Shown: piece by piece, positions 18,758-27,854 of the stretch
How the letters are laid out: every line of letters starts with the position of its first letter
Position numbering within the stretch: position 1 is the first letter of the stretch
NCBI GenBank assembly: GCA_002421665.1
Contig: DISH01000006.1
Location: 217,784-281,783 of the forward strand
Source: Candidatus Omnitrophica bacterium UBA6215
GTDB lineage: Bacteria > Omnitrophota > Gorgyraeia > Pluralincolimonadales > Pluralincolimonadaceae
DNA length: 64,000 bases
Direction: 5' to 3'
Translations under genes and position numbers: made by a program
The notes under the pieces: generated by a model
Seen by the model: the letters and a program-made list of their open reading frames with translations, nothing else
Databases searched by the model: none
Told to the model about the DNA's origin: nothing

Positions 18758-21700
18758 TTTGACACGTAAGTTATATATGAATCAATACCCTTGGCTGTAT
18801 ACCTCATAAGGTACCGGTCAAGCTCGTTCATAAGGCTGACCATGTGGTAATAAGCCTGTATATTCTTTATTTTGTTGTTCAACAGGGTCTCTTTTATCTC
18901 CCTGATCCTTACGACGGACATGTCCCCGGTTGCTTCTTCAGCGCGCATGAGTTCGTTCATCCGTTCCTCGAGTACGGATACGTTCTTTTTAAAATTCTCG
19001 TAGTCCAAAACGGCCATCTTATAATCGGTGAAAATCCTTAAAGCATTCTGGAGTACCTCAGACATGTACGACTTCGACTTGAGGGCCGTTATCTTCTCCT
19101 GTAACGCTGCCACTCTCGCCTTGGTGGCCGTGGTAGGGTCGAATATCTTATCCATGGAATTAAGGGATATGAACTCCGAGAGAGAATTATAGCGGGAGAA
19201 TATGGCTTCATTCCTTGTTACTGATCCCATGAAGTCGGTAAGATAAGTATACTCGAGATTGAAAGTCAGGGACTTGATCTGCTTTGATATGGCCTCGGTA
19301 TCAAGCCTGGTCATCTTTATATTGTATTCGATCCGTTTCAGCAGGTCTTCGCGCAGCGGCACCTCCAGATCCTTCTTCGCCAGCCCAAGTTCTGCAGCAA
19401 GCCTTTCTTTTATATCACAGTCATCGGCCAACGTCACTCTCTTGGACAATTCGTCATAGACCTCGATATTCATTATGGAGAACCTGGGGTCAAGCCCTCC
19501 GACTACTATACCGAGATTGCTCCTGTAGCCCTCGCAATATTTACGGGCATCTATTGTTTTTTGCAGAAGGCTTTCTACGAATTCCTTTTGTTTGAGATAA
19601 TCGACATGGGCTACCGCTCCCGCCGTGTAAAGCTCCTCGACCCCTGCAAGAACCGCTTTCTGTTTCTCGCATTCATCGTTTACCTGCGAATATTCCGCGA
19701 GCGAAGCCAGGTAATCGCAATACGCATCCACCACTTTTACGCTGAGGTCGAACTTGGCCTGCTCGAGGTCTTTCCTGGCAAGTTCAACCCTCAATTCCTG
19801 TTTCTTTACCATAAGCTTGTTCACAAGATCCACTTCCGCGGAAACGACCGCCCCGGTCGTCTGGACGGTCTTTTTCTTCTGGGAACCCCTGTTATCCATC
19901 ACATAATAACCTTTGCTTACGTTGCCGTTGACCCTTATCATCTTATAATAGTTCAGGGACTCTTCCTCAAGTAAGAGGGCTTCCTCGTATTTTTTGACCT
20001 CGCGGCTGTTACGCAAAGCGATATCCAGGGCCTCCTGAAGACCCGACAGAAGTATCTTATCGCTTCCTTCCTGCCGGGCGTCTTTCTCCACAAAGAGGAT
20101 CTCCCTTGCGCTTGCGTAGTAATTATCGAACACTGACTCTTCATAGGTCAGCTGGGAGACAAGGTAATCAAGGCGGGCATCCGCCCATTGACGTTTTGTC
20201 CTTCCCCCGAACTTGTAAAGTTCATCCGTTATCTTGAACTGGTTCCCGGAATTCTCCATCTTGTTACGCAGATCATTGAGAAGGTCGTTCGAGGCGTCGT
20301 ATGCGGATTTTACGGCAAACTTCTCTTTCTCGTAAGAATCCATGCTCTTCGCGTACTCTATCTCCGATTTTATACGGTCCCTGGCGGCTTCAGACATCGC
20401 TATCTTCTCGGCATGGTCTCCCCAAGGTATAGAGACGCTGAAGGAAAGCTGCTTGTCCGGGTCTTCCCAGCCGTCATAATCTGAACCTTTGGTCTCATAC
20501 CTGACCTGCCATATTGCCCCTTCATAGGCCAAGGCCTTGGCCTCGCCCGCCCTCTTCCTCTCAACGGTATTGAGCGCCTGCTTTACGGAAGCCATGCCGT
20601 CATAATAAGGCTCTACCTTCTCTTTCAGCATCATCTTGAAATCGGACAACCCCTCTTCGCTTCCGAACAGGGCAGGTTCCTTGACCGTTATGGTCTCATT
20701 AAGCGGTATCCCCGTCCATCTCTTGAGATTATACTCGGCTACCGCCAGGGAAAATTCGACATTCGAGATCTCCTTGTCCACTTCAAGCCGCTGGAGGACA
20801 AGAGGAAGTATGTCAGAGTTGGTATACTTGGGGTTTTTCCCCTTCATATCCTCGAGCATATCGTTTATAAGGTCGTTTTTGAGTCGTTTTATCTCGTCAA
20901 GCTTTTTAAGGGTATTACCGAAACGCAGGACGAGGAGATAGTTCCTTATTACCTCATCGGCAACTACGCTCTGTAGGGCCCTGCCCCCGCATTCGGCCTC
21001 CTTGAGCCCTGCTCTGGCGGCTTTTACCGCCGCTCCGACCTTATTGTCGAGTATGCGGCCTTCCAGGGCAAGGAATGCCCTTGTATTCTTAGAAGGAGTC
21101 CCGTTTATGTTCACGTTCTCCAGGACCGCCGCTCCGTAAAGTTTCGGAAGATAACCGGCCTTCTCCGCGCCAATGCGCACCTTTTCTATTTTTATCCTCT
21201 TCTCTGCTATCTGCCTTGCCGTAAGAAGGTCCGCCCTCTCTCCCCTTGAGATCAGGTCCTCGAGCCCCATATCCTGGTAGGTCGGGCTGGTATTCTCCGG
21301 CTTGAGCTCTATCCCGTTGAGATTCGATAAAGTTACCGTATAATCGCTCAGGGCCTGCTGCAAAGCGTATTTGGCCTTGTATAGGTTATCGCTCATCCTT
21401 ATTATCTCGATGACCGGGAGCGAAAGCTTCTCTCTTAGCATCCTCAGGGTGTCTTCCGTCTTCGCTATGTACTCCCTATAGTTATCTATCTTATCCCTGA
21501 GGTCGGTTATTTTCGCGTTCCCTTTGAGGTCGTCGCACTCGAGGTCCTCCGAAGCCTTCAATACCTCAAGCCTGGCTATTTGAGATTCCAGGCTCTTCGT
21601 ATGGTTCAGGCCTTCGGAATGGCCGAAATCCGTAACGAATAACTCCAACTGGGTATCGGTTATTACCTTCCTTTCGAACCTTGTGCCTTTGCCTTCCGCC

Positions 21701-22602
21701 AGGCCGAGTATAGTCGTTGAGGTCAGTTTCAGGCGGGGATTATTGCCTATATGGGCCGCTACGGAAGCTTCCTCGCTCCTCTTCTTGATTATATCAAGCG
21801 TATAGCTTTTGGGTCTTATCTCCGCCTTTTCGGCGAAGACCGGGTCCCTGTTCACGTTACCGGGAAGCTCCTGGACAACTATATCAAGGTCATCGTTGTC
21901 CTCCAACCCCAGCAATCCCCTGAGATCCCGCCTTGTATTAATGAGGGTGTTCAGAGCCCCTATCTTCCTCTCGTTGACTATGCCCAGATAATTCTTCAAT
22001 TCGAGTTTTTCCGTCTCCGTATATTCAGGACTGTCTTTTATAATGCCTATTACCTTCTCGACGGTCTCGACGTTATCGCAACTCATGCGATAATTCTCCT
22101 GCGCCGCGGCAACCGCATAATAAACCGATATAAGTTTCCTTGTTTTCCATGTGACAGCCTGTTTGACCTCAAGCAGGCTTGCCTCATAGTTCTTCCTGTC
22201 TTTGGAGATATAATTAAGGCTGTCGGAAGTGATAGACATCTCTATCACCAATTGCTGTTCCGAGAAAAGGTCTGTCTGCTGGTCGAGGTCACTGAAGAGG
22301 TCGAACGGTTTTACCACGCTTCCCGCTACGCTGATCTTAGGAAGGAAGGTGTCCATCTTCCTTGCCTTTATCCCAAGCACGGCGGCATCGGAGGAAAGTT
22401 TGGCTATCTGGATATCCCTGTCAACTTCATAAAGCTTGTTAAGGGCTGACTCAAGCGAAAGATTACTGCAATCTATTCCTGCCTGTAATTCCTCAGCAGA
22501 ATAAGGTTCTTCCGCACCGCCCGGACAGGATACGAGCATTACCGATACTGTCAACGCGGTAAAAACTACTGCTATAATTTTGATCGATCTTCGGCTAAGC
22601 AT
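18754..22602 (-). CDS. Outer-membrane efflux protein (TolC/OprM/NodT family) lipoprotein, 1282 aa, about three OEP units long
   Basis: Lipobox LVSC in the signal peptide and an OEP-family N-terminal signature LSLESALNKLYEVDRDIQIAKLSSDAAVLGIKARKMDTFLPKISVAG. OEP-like half-repeat starts recur at about aa 245, 445, 640, 830 and 1030. Highly coiled-coil. SD AAAGGGG upstream. Confidence 0.75.
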   Translation of the reverse strand: MLSRRSIKIIAVVFTALTVSVMLVSCPGGAEEPYSAEELQAGIDCSNLSLESALNKLYEVDRDIQIAKLSSDAAVLGIKARKMDTFLPKISVAGSVVKPFDLFSDLDQQTDLFSEQQLVIEMSITSDSLNYISKDRKNYEASLLEVKQAVTWKTRKLISVYYAVAAAQENYRMSCDNVETVEKVIGIIKDSPEYTETEKLELKNYLGIVNERKIGALNTLINTRRDLRGLLGLEDNDDLDIVVQELPGNVNRDPVFAEKAEIRPKSYTLDIIKKRSEEASVAAHIGNNPRLKLTSTTILGLAEGKGTRFERKVITDTQLELFVTDFGHSEGLNHTKSLESQIARLEVLKASEDLECDDLKGNAKITDLRDKIDNYREYIAKTEDTLRMLREKLSLPVIEIIRMSDNLYKAKYALQQALSDYTVTLSNLNGIELKPENTSPTYQDMGLEDLISRGERADLLTARQIAEKRIKIEKVRIGAEKAGYLPKLYGAAVLENVNINGTPSKNTRAFLALEGRILDNKVGAAVKAARAGLKEAECGGRALQSVVADEVIRNYLLVLRFGNTLKKLDEIKRLKNDLINDMLEDMKGKNPKYTNSDILPLVLQRLEVDKEISNVEFSLAVAEYNLKRWTGIPLNETITVKEPALFGSEEGLSDFKMMLKEKVEPYYDGMASVKQALNTVERKRAGEAKALAYEGAIWQVRYETKGSDYDGWEDPDKQLSFSVSIPWGDHAEKIAMSEAARDRIKSEIEYAKSMDSYEKEKFAVKSAYDASNDLLNDLRNKMENSGNQFKITDELYKFGGRTKRQWADARLDYLVSQLTYEESVFDNYYASAREILFVEKDARQEGSDKILLSGLQEALDIALRNSREVKKYEEALLLEEESLNYYKMIRVNGNVSKGYYVMDNRGSQKKKTVQTTGAVVSAEVDLVNKLMVKKQELRVELARKDLEQAKFDLSVKVVDAYCDYLASLAEYSQVNDECEKQKAVLAGVEELYTAGAVAHVDYLKQKEFVESLLQKTIDARKYCEGYRSNLGIVVGGLDPRFSIMNIEVYDELSKRVTLADDCDIKERLAAELGLAKKDLEVPLREDLLKRIEYNIKMTRLDTEAISKQIKSLTFNLEYTYLTDFMGSVTRNEAIFSRYNSLSEFISLNSMDKIFDPTTATKARVAALQEKITALKSKSYMSEVLQNALRIFTDYKMAVLDYENFKKNVSVLEERMNELMRAEEATGDMSVVRIREIKETLLNNKIKNIQAYYHMVSLMNELDRYLMRYTAKGIDSYITYVSK

Positions 22603-22629
22603 GACCCCTTTAGATAAGTTAAGGTAATG

Positions 22630-22824
22630 CTATTTTTTTGCCTTAAGGCCCTGAGAATGCATCTTAAGCCACTCATCTATATCCTGCTTATTGAACAGGT
22701 ATTTCCTCAAAACTTTAACATGCGGGAAACTCTGTTCTTTAATAAGCTTACGGATACTTCCTTCGCTGAGGCTTAGATATCTCGAGACCTCATCCATTGT
22801 TATATATTTCGTGCTTGTATCCAT
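22630..22824 (-). CDS. Small helix-turn-helix DNA-binding protein (excisionase/MerR-like HTH family)
   Basis: 64-aa ORF with the pattern ITMDEVSRYLSLSEGSIRKLIKEQSFPHVKV...DIDEWL typical of excisionase-family HTH proteins. Strong SD (AAGGAG-N8-ATG). Only 27 nt upstream of the OEP gene. Confidence 0.7.
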   Translation of the reverse strand: MDTSTKYITMDEVSRYLSLSEGSIRKLIKEQSFPHVKVLRKYLFNKQDIDEWLKMHSQGLKAKK

Positions 22825-22856
22825 TTAGCCTCTCCTTCCCTCATATTTCGTATATA

Positions 22857-22885
22857 ATTGTATTACACGTATTAAGGCTCGTCAA
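22857..22885 (-). promoter_or_regulatory. Putative sigma70 promoter for the HTH-OEP-giant gene operon
   Basis: On the minus strand, TTGACG, a 17-nt spacer and TACAAT, about 30 nt upstream of the SD AAGGAG and the ATG of the HTH gene. Confidence 0.5.
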
Positions 22886-22924
22886 GGATTTTATTGTTAC
22901 AGGAAGAATTGAAGGATAGTGGTT

Positions 22925-24217
22925 CTATTCTGCGGGTTTTTCGGTTTCCCTAAGCTTGCCGTTCTCGTCAAAACTTATCTTTGAACCTTTCGGGTAAAAG
23001 CGCCCCTGCACGTCTTGGTCTCGGCCCAAGATCACATAGCGCAATTTCCCGGATTCCCCAAGGCCCACTATAGTGTCCCTCATAAAAAGGGTCTCTCCTA
23101 TCTTATGGTCTTTGGCCAAGGAAGCATATTGCAGGCTGCCCGATTCATAAAGATCGACCTTTGTGTTCGCTGCACAAGGTATACCGCTTATCTCATTTTC
23201 TTCGCCGAGCGTCGCATATTGCAGTTTCCCGGATTCGTAGAGTCCCGCGACCGTACACTTAGCGCAGGGAATACCGTTTATTTTTTGCCTGGATACAAGC
23301 GTTCCGAATTGCAATTTTCCTGAAAGATAAAAACCGGCTTTACTACCCTTGGCATAATATATGCCGTTTATGTTCTGGTCGTCCGCCAACGTGGCATACT
23401 GCAGGTTCCCAGACTGGTAAAAACCTATGGTGGAACCTTTCGCGCACATGATACCCTGGACCTTGCTGATCTCATTGAGAACCGCCCAATCTACTTTCCC
23501 GTTCTCGTAAAAACTAACACTTGGACCGCTTGCGCAGGTGATACCCATCACCTCGGTAGGCGAAACCAGATACGCGTTCTTTATGCTGCCGGATTCATAA
23601 AAGACGAAGTAAGTCCCCTGCCTGAACTTTACTCCGCCCATGTCGACATCCGCCGGGATCGTAACGTACTGCAGTCTTCCGGATTCATAAAAACCGGCGG
23701 GAAAACCTTTGGCACAAACGATACCCTGTATATCCTGGTCTTTGGCCAATGTGGCATACTGCAATTTCCCGGATTCATAAAAACCGGCTTTTGTGCCTTT
23801 CGCGCAATATATCCTTTGGACCTCTTCATCGGCAGCAAAGACGGCATGTAAAAGCTTTCCGGCCCTACTGAAATACAATGAGGTGCCCTTGGCAAATGGT
23901 ATCCCATAGACCTGCTGGTCCGCGCCAAGGTAGGCGTAATCGAGCTTTCCCGCTTCGTTGAAATATACCGAAGTACCTTTTGTAAAAAAAATACCCGATA
24001 CATGCTGGTCCGCGCCAAGGTAGGCGTACTGTAATCTTCCGGCTTCCGTAAAATAAACAAGCGTTCCCTTAGGGAAATCTATACCCTGTATAGTCTCGGC
24101 TTTTTTCAGGACTTTATCGCGTATGATGACATCGGCGGAAGCGGGAAAACCCGCGGATAGGGCAGCCGCAATGAAGACGGCCGACAGTAAAAACCGGGTC
24201 AGATCTGGACGACGCAA
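22925..24217 (-). CDS. Secreted protein composed of 13 tandem 30-residue repeats (MORN-like/YwqK-like motif)
   Basis: 430-aa ORF. N-terminal signal peptide (FLLSAVFIAAALSAGFPASA), then 13 imperfect repeats of 30 aa with consensus GIxCAKGTxxGFYESGKLQYATLAxDQxIx. No other domain. Confidence 0.75.
   Translation of the reverse strand: MRRPDLTRFLLSAVFIAAALSAGFPASADVIIRDKVLKKAETIQGIDFPKGTLVYFTEAGRLQYAYLGADQHVSGIFFTKGTSVYFNEAGKLDYAYLGADQQVYGIPFAKGTSLYFSRAGKLLHAVFAADEEVQRIYCAKGTKAGFYESGKLQYATLAKDQDIQGIVCAKGFPAGFYESGRLQYVTIPADVDMGGVKFRQGTYFVFYESGSIKNAYLVSPTEVMGITCASGPSVSFYENGKVDWAVLNEISKVQGIMCAKGSTIGFYQSGNLQYATLADDQNINGIYYAKGSKAGFYLSGKLQFGTLVSRQKINGIPCAKCTVAGLYESGKLQYATLGEENEISGIPCAANTKVDLYESGSLQYASLAKDHKIGETLFMRDTIVGLGESGKLRYVILGRDQDVQGRFYPKGSKISFDENGKLRETEKPAE
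22928..24085 (-). repeat. 90-nt periodic tandem coding repeat (13 copies) within the repeat-protein gene
   Basis: The recurring plus-strand element ttcccggattcataaaaaccgg and its variants are spaced 90 nt apart. This corresponds to the 30-aa protein repeat. Confidence 0.7.
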
Positions 24218-25776
24218 TTTCTTCCTTTGTCCTTAGCTTGATAAAGGGCGACGTCCACCCGTTTCAGGAAATCATGGGGAAATATGTCTTTCTTTATGTC
24301 GTCTTCCGAGAGCGTCGTCACTCCGATACTTACGGTAACTTTCAATTTCTTGTCCTCATATTCGACTATAACATCCTCGGCTATCTTCTTGCGTATTCTC
24401 TCCGCCAATATATATATGCCTTCCCTGTCTGTCTCGGTGGCAAGCACTACAAGCTCCTCGCCGCCATACCTTGAAGCAACATCGGACTCCCTAAGGCTGG
24501 CCTTAAGCATATCGGAGATCTTGATCAGGACCTCATCGCCTACCTGGTGGCCGTAGTTGTCGTTGAATGACTTGAAATGGTCGATATCGAGCATCATGAG
24601 CGACAACCTGGTCCTGTACCTCTTAGCCCTGTAAACTTCGGCTTTCAACGTCTCCAGGAAGTAGGAATGTGTATAAAGGTGAGTCAATTCATCCGTTATG
24701 GCTCTCTCCCTCTGTTTCTTCAATTCAATGGTCATCATGTTGAACGACCTGGCGAGCTCGCCTATCTCGTCATCAGTCTTTATGTCTATCTTGTGGTTAA
24801 GGTCGCCTTCACCGACTATCTTAGTACCTATAAGCAGCTTCCTGACCGATACAAGCATGCTGTTTGAAAGCACCAGCCCTATTGCTATAGCCACCATTAT
24901 GCTCAGGATAAGCAGGATGAGGGATTGGCTTCTCATCTTCGCCACGCCGTAAAGAGCTTCCTGGGCAGGCTGCTTTACCACGACCGTACCTTTGATATTC
25001 CCTGACAACGGAAGGTATGATACCAGCATGTCGCCTATATTAGCGCTCCCGGTCTTACCCTCAAGGGCAAGTTTCACCGTATTGTCGTTATACAGGTTTC
25101 CGGTATCCGCATCTCCCGTCTTGTATATAAGGTTACCTTTTTTGTCTGTCACGATTATCGTTCCCCTCTCGCCTATCTTGGTCTGGTCCAGCATAGGCCA
25201 AAGGCTGCGAAGCTTGACCGCGGTCACAAGTACGCCTATCCTCCTGCCGTAGCTGTCATAATCAAATATCGGGGAAGCTATCGTAACAAAAGGCTGGCCG
25301 CCCGAAGAAAAATATATATCCGATATATAACTCTTCTTCTTGGATTTCAGGAAGATGTCGCTTAAGGACATGTCTTTGTTCTGGTCACCCGGGTTCCGGG
25401 AAGCTATCTCTATGCCCTGCTCGTTAAGCACGGCCACGGGGTCCAGCATCTCGTGTTCCGAGATGATCTCATACATCATCTTGTCTATCTGGAAGAGGTC
25501 GAAATCCTTTATGCTGGGCATGAGGGTCATGAGTTCGACTGAAGATTTGGCCTGTTGCAGGAAGTTATCTATCTTGCTGCGTACGTTCTCGCACGCGGTG
25601 AGGTTCCTCTTGAGGACGGCATCTTCCAAGGAACTCTGCCCCTGGTAGATGAGGATCATCCCGCTCAGGAATGTGGTAAATGTCACGAGCAGGATAAATA
25701 TCAGGATAAACCTGAAATTAATGCTGGAAGTAAAAGGGATCTTCTCTCTTGTACTGGTAAGCGGAACTTCTGCCAA
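24199..25776 (-). CDS. Sensor diguanylate cyclase (N-terminal TM, periplasmic dCache-like sensor, HAMP, GGDEF domain)
   Basis: 525-aa ORF with two TM segments flanking an approximately 250-aa periplasmic region. A HAMP-like linker is followed by a GGDEF domain with the active-site variant RYGGEEL and an I-site-like RESD. Overlaps the downstream gene by 19 nt. Confidence 0.85.
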   Translation of the reverse strand: MAEVPLTSTREKIPFTSSINFRFILIFILLVTFTTFLSGMILIYQGQSSLEDAVLKRNLTACENVRSKIDNFLQQAKSSVELMTLMPSIKDFDLFQIDKMMYEIISEHEMLDPVAVLNEQGIEIASRNPGDQNKDMSLSDIFLKSKKKSYISDIYFSSGGQPFVTIASPIFDYDSYGRRIGVLVTAVKLRSLWPMLDQTKIGERGTIIVTDKKGNLIYKTGDADTGNLYNDNTVKLALEGKTGSANIGDMLVSYLPLSGNIKGTVVVKQPAQEALYGVAKMRSQSLILLILSIMVAIAIGLVLSNSMLVSVRKLLIGTKIVGEGDLNHKIDIKTDDEIGELARSFNMMTIELKKQRERAITDELTHLYTHSYFLETLKAEVYRAKRYRTRLSLMMLDIDHFKSFNDNYGHQVGDEVLIKISDMLKASLRESDVASRYGGEELVVLATETDREGIYILAERIRKKIAEDVIVEYEDKKLKVTVSIGVTTLSEDDIKKDIFPHDFLKRVDVALYQAKDKGRNCVVQI

Positions 25777-25804
25777 AGCGATCCCCCCTCTTTTAAAGGA
25801 GAAA

Positions 25805-27046
25805 TTACTTCTTGAGTATCTCCTTGAACTTCTGGGTCAGGGCCGGGACTACCTCGTAAAGGTCACCGACTATCCCATACGTAGCTACTGAGAATATGGG
25901 CGCCTGAGAGTCTTTGTTTATCGCAATTATTATCTCGGACGAGGACATGCCTGCCAAATGCTGTATCTGGCCGGATATACCGCAGGCTATATATATTTTC
26001 GGGCAAACGGTCTTTCCCGTCTGGCCGACCTGATGCGAATACGGTATCCACTCCGCGTCAACCGCGGACCTGGAAGCGCCTACCGCGCCTCCAAGCACCT
26101 TAGCCAGTTCCTCGATGACCTTGAACCCCTCGGCCTTGCCTAATCCCCTTCCGCCCGAGACTATGATGTCCGCCTCGGTAAGGTTCACTGTTGAGGAGAT
26201 CTCCTCAACTACGTCGGATATCCTGGTACGGGAAGCCAAAAGGTTGTCAGGATAGGACTTTTTCACGACCTGCCCTTTCCTGGACTTATCGACCTGCGCT
26301 TCCTTGAATACTTTATGGCGGACAGTCGCCATCTGGGGCCGGTAGTTCTCGCAAAGGATCGTAGCCATTATGTTACCGCCGAACGCCGGGCGCGTCTGCA
26401 GGAGGATCTTCTTCTCCTTGTCGATATCAAGCGCGGTACAATCTGCGGTCAGGCCGGTATAAAGTTTTACCGCTATGCGGGAAGCCAGCGATCTGCCGAT
26501 CGATGTCGCCCCGTAAAGAAGGATCTCCGGCTTGAACTCTTTGACAAGCTCTACTATTATATTTGTATAAGGCTCGTCTTGGTAACTCTTGAGCCCGGCA
26601 TTCTCAACCAAGTACACTTTATCCGCCCCGCGCCAGAAAAGCTCTTCCGCCTGGGCTTCTACAGCATCTCCTATAAGGACAGCGGCGAGTTCCGTACCCA
26701 GGGCGTCGGCAAGCTCCCTGCCCTTCCCGAGCAGCTCATATACCACGCTCTGGACTTTGCCTTTCTTCTGCTCCGCGAATACCCATACTCCCTTGTAATC
26801 ACCGAGGGCGACCTTCGGGGCGACTTTGCATACGGTCATCTCTATGGCCTTGAACTTACATGATTCCACGCAGGCCCCGCAAAGCGTGCACTTCATATAA
26901 TCTATCACCGCAAGCTTGCCCTTCTTCGCCTCGGCCGAGTCGACCATCGATATAGCGCCGAACGGACAGGTCTTTACGCACATGGTGCAGCCGGTGCAAT
27001 TACCGGTTATTATTTGTATTGAACAATCCTTTGGTTTATCTGTCAT
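25805..27046 (-). CDS. etfA: Electron transfer flavoprotein alpha subunit fused to an N-terminal 2x[4Fe-4S] ferredoxin domain
   Basis: N-terminal CTGCTMCVKTCP and CTLCGACVESC cluster motifs, followed by the EtfA FAD-binding domain (VSGGRGLG...YIACGISGQIQHLAG). Confidence 0.9.
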   Translation of the reverse strand: MTDKPKDCSIQIITGNCTGCTMCVKTCPFGAISMVDSAEAKKGKLAVIDYMKCTLCGACVESCKFKAIEMTVCKVAPKVALGDYKGVWVFAEQKKGKVQSVVYELLGKGRELADALGTELAAVLIGDAVEAQAEELFWRGADKVYLVENAGLKSYQDEPYTNIIVELVKEFKPEILLYGATSIGRSLASRIAVKLYTGLTADCTALDIDKEKKILLQTRPAFGGNIMATILCENYRPQMATVRHKVFKEAQVDKSRKGQVVKKSYPDNLLASRTRISDVVEEISSTVNLTEADIIVSGGRGLGKAEGFKVIEELAKVLGGAVGASRSAVDAEWIPYSHQVGQTGKTVCPKIYIACGISGQIQHLAGMSSSEIIIAINKDSQAPIFSVATYGIVGDLYEVVPALTQKFKEILKK

Positions 27047-27047
27047 T

Positions 27048-27854
27048 TTATGTCTTGCTCACCGATATGACTACGTCTTTTATGGAATCCGCTAATTTAT
27101 TCACGATATCCGGAACCTCTCCCTGTAATACCTGTCCTCCGGTTCTCTTTGGGGGCGTAAAGATCTTTTTCACGGCTGTCGGGGAACCCTGAAGGCCGAG
27201 CCTGTCCGGGTCAACCTCTAGATCTTTCGCGCCCAGGACCGTCGCCTTCGACTGCTTGGCCTTTATCTTTCCTTTAAGTGACGGCAAGCGCGGTATGTTT
27301 ATCTCTTTTACAACGGTTATCAGGCAAGGCAACGGGGTCTCTATGACTTCATAACCTTCCTCGGTCATCCTCTCGAACTTAGCCAAACCCTCTTTTATGT
27401 CTTCGGTCTTCTTTACATACGTGACCTGCGGTATATCCAATGTGGCCGCGATTCCGGGTCCAACCTGTGCGGTGTCCCCGTCTATGGCCTGCTTGCCGCA
27501 GATTATCAGGTCGAACTTCCCGAGTTTCTGTATACCCTTTGCAAGTGTATAACTCGTGGCCCAGGTATCCGAACCCGCAAAAGCGCGATCACTCATAAGG
27601 ACCATCTCGTCGGCGCCCATGGATACGGCTTCGCGCAGCGCCTCTTCAGCCTGGGACGGGCCCATGCTCAAAACCGTCACTTTCGTTGACGCGGCACCCA
27701 GCCTCTCTTTTATCCTCAGGGCTTCCTCGATGGCGTACATATCGAACGGATTGACTATCGACTGCACCCCCTCGCGCATCAGGGTGTTCGTTTCGGGATT
27801 TATCCTTATGTCCTGGGTATCCGGAACCTGTTTGATACAGACTATTATGTTCAT
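27048..27854 (-). CDS. etfB: Electron transfer flavoprotein beta subunit
   Basis: 268-aa ORF. EtfB signature [12 protein letters not shown]...[19 protein letters not shown]. Adjacent to etfA with a 1-nt gap. Confidence 0.9.
   Translation of the reverse strand: MNIIVCIKQVPDTQDIRINPETNTLMREGVQSIVNPFDMYAIEEALRIKERLGAASTKVTVLSMGPSQAEEALREAVSMGADEMVLMSDRAFAGSDTWATSYTLAKGIQKLGKFDLIICGKQAIDGDTAQVGPGIAATLDIPQVTYVKKTEDIKEGLAKFERMTEEGYEVIETPLPCLITVVKEINIPRLPSLKGKIKAKQSKATVLGAKDLEVDPDRLGLQGSPTAVKKIFTPPKRTGGQVLQGEVPDIVNKLADSIKDVVISVSKT

Noticed and set aside
22630-22824. Excisionase-like HTH gene, considered as a prophage or mobile-element marker
   Set aside because: No integrase, recombinase, transposase, attachment-site repeats or phage structural genes are adjacent. 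It is more likely a small regulator of the downstream operon.
23629-24060. 143-aa alternative-frame minus ORF inside the repeat-protein gene
   Set aside because: It is an out-of-frame reading of the same periodic repeat. The frame with the signal peptide and full-length ORF is preferred.
22925-24217. The 90-nt periodic DNA repeat, considered as a CRISPR array or satellite
   Set aside because: The repeats are imperfect, in-frame and translate to a protein repeat with a signal peptide. There are no unique spacers or cas genes, so it is a coding tandem repeat.
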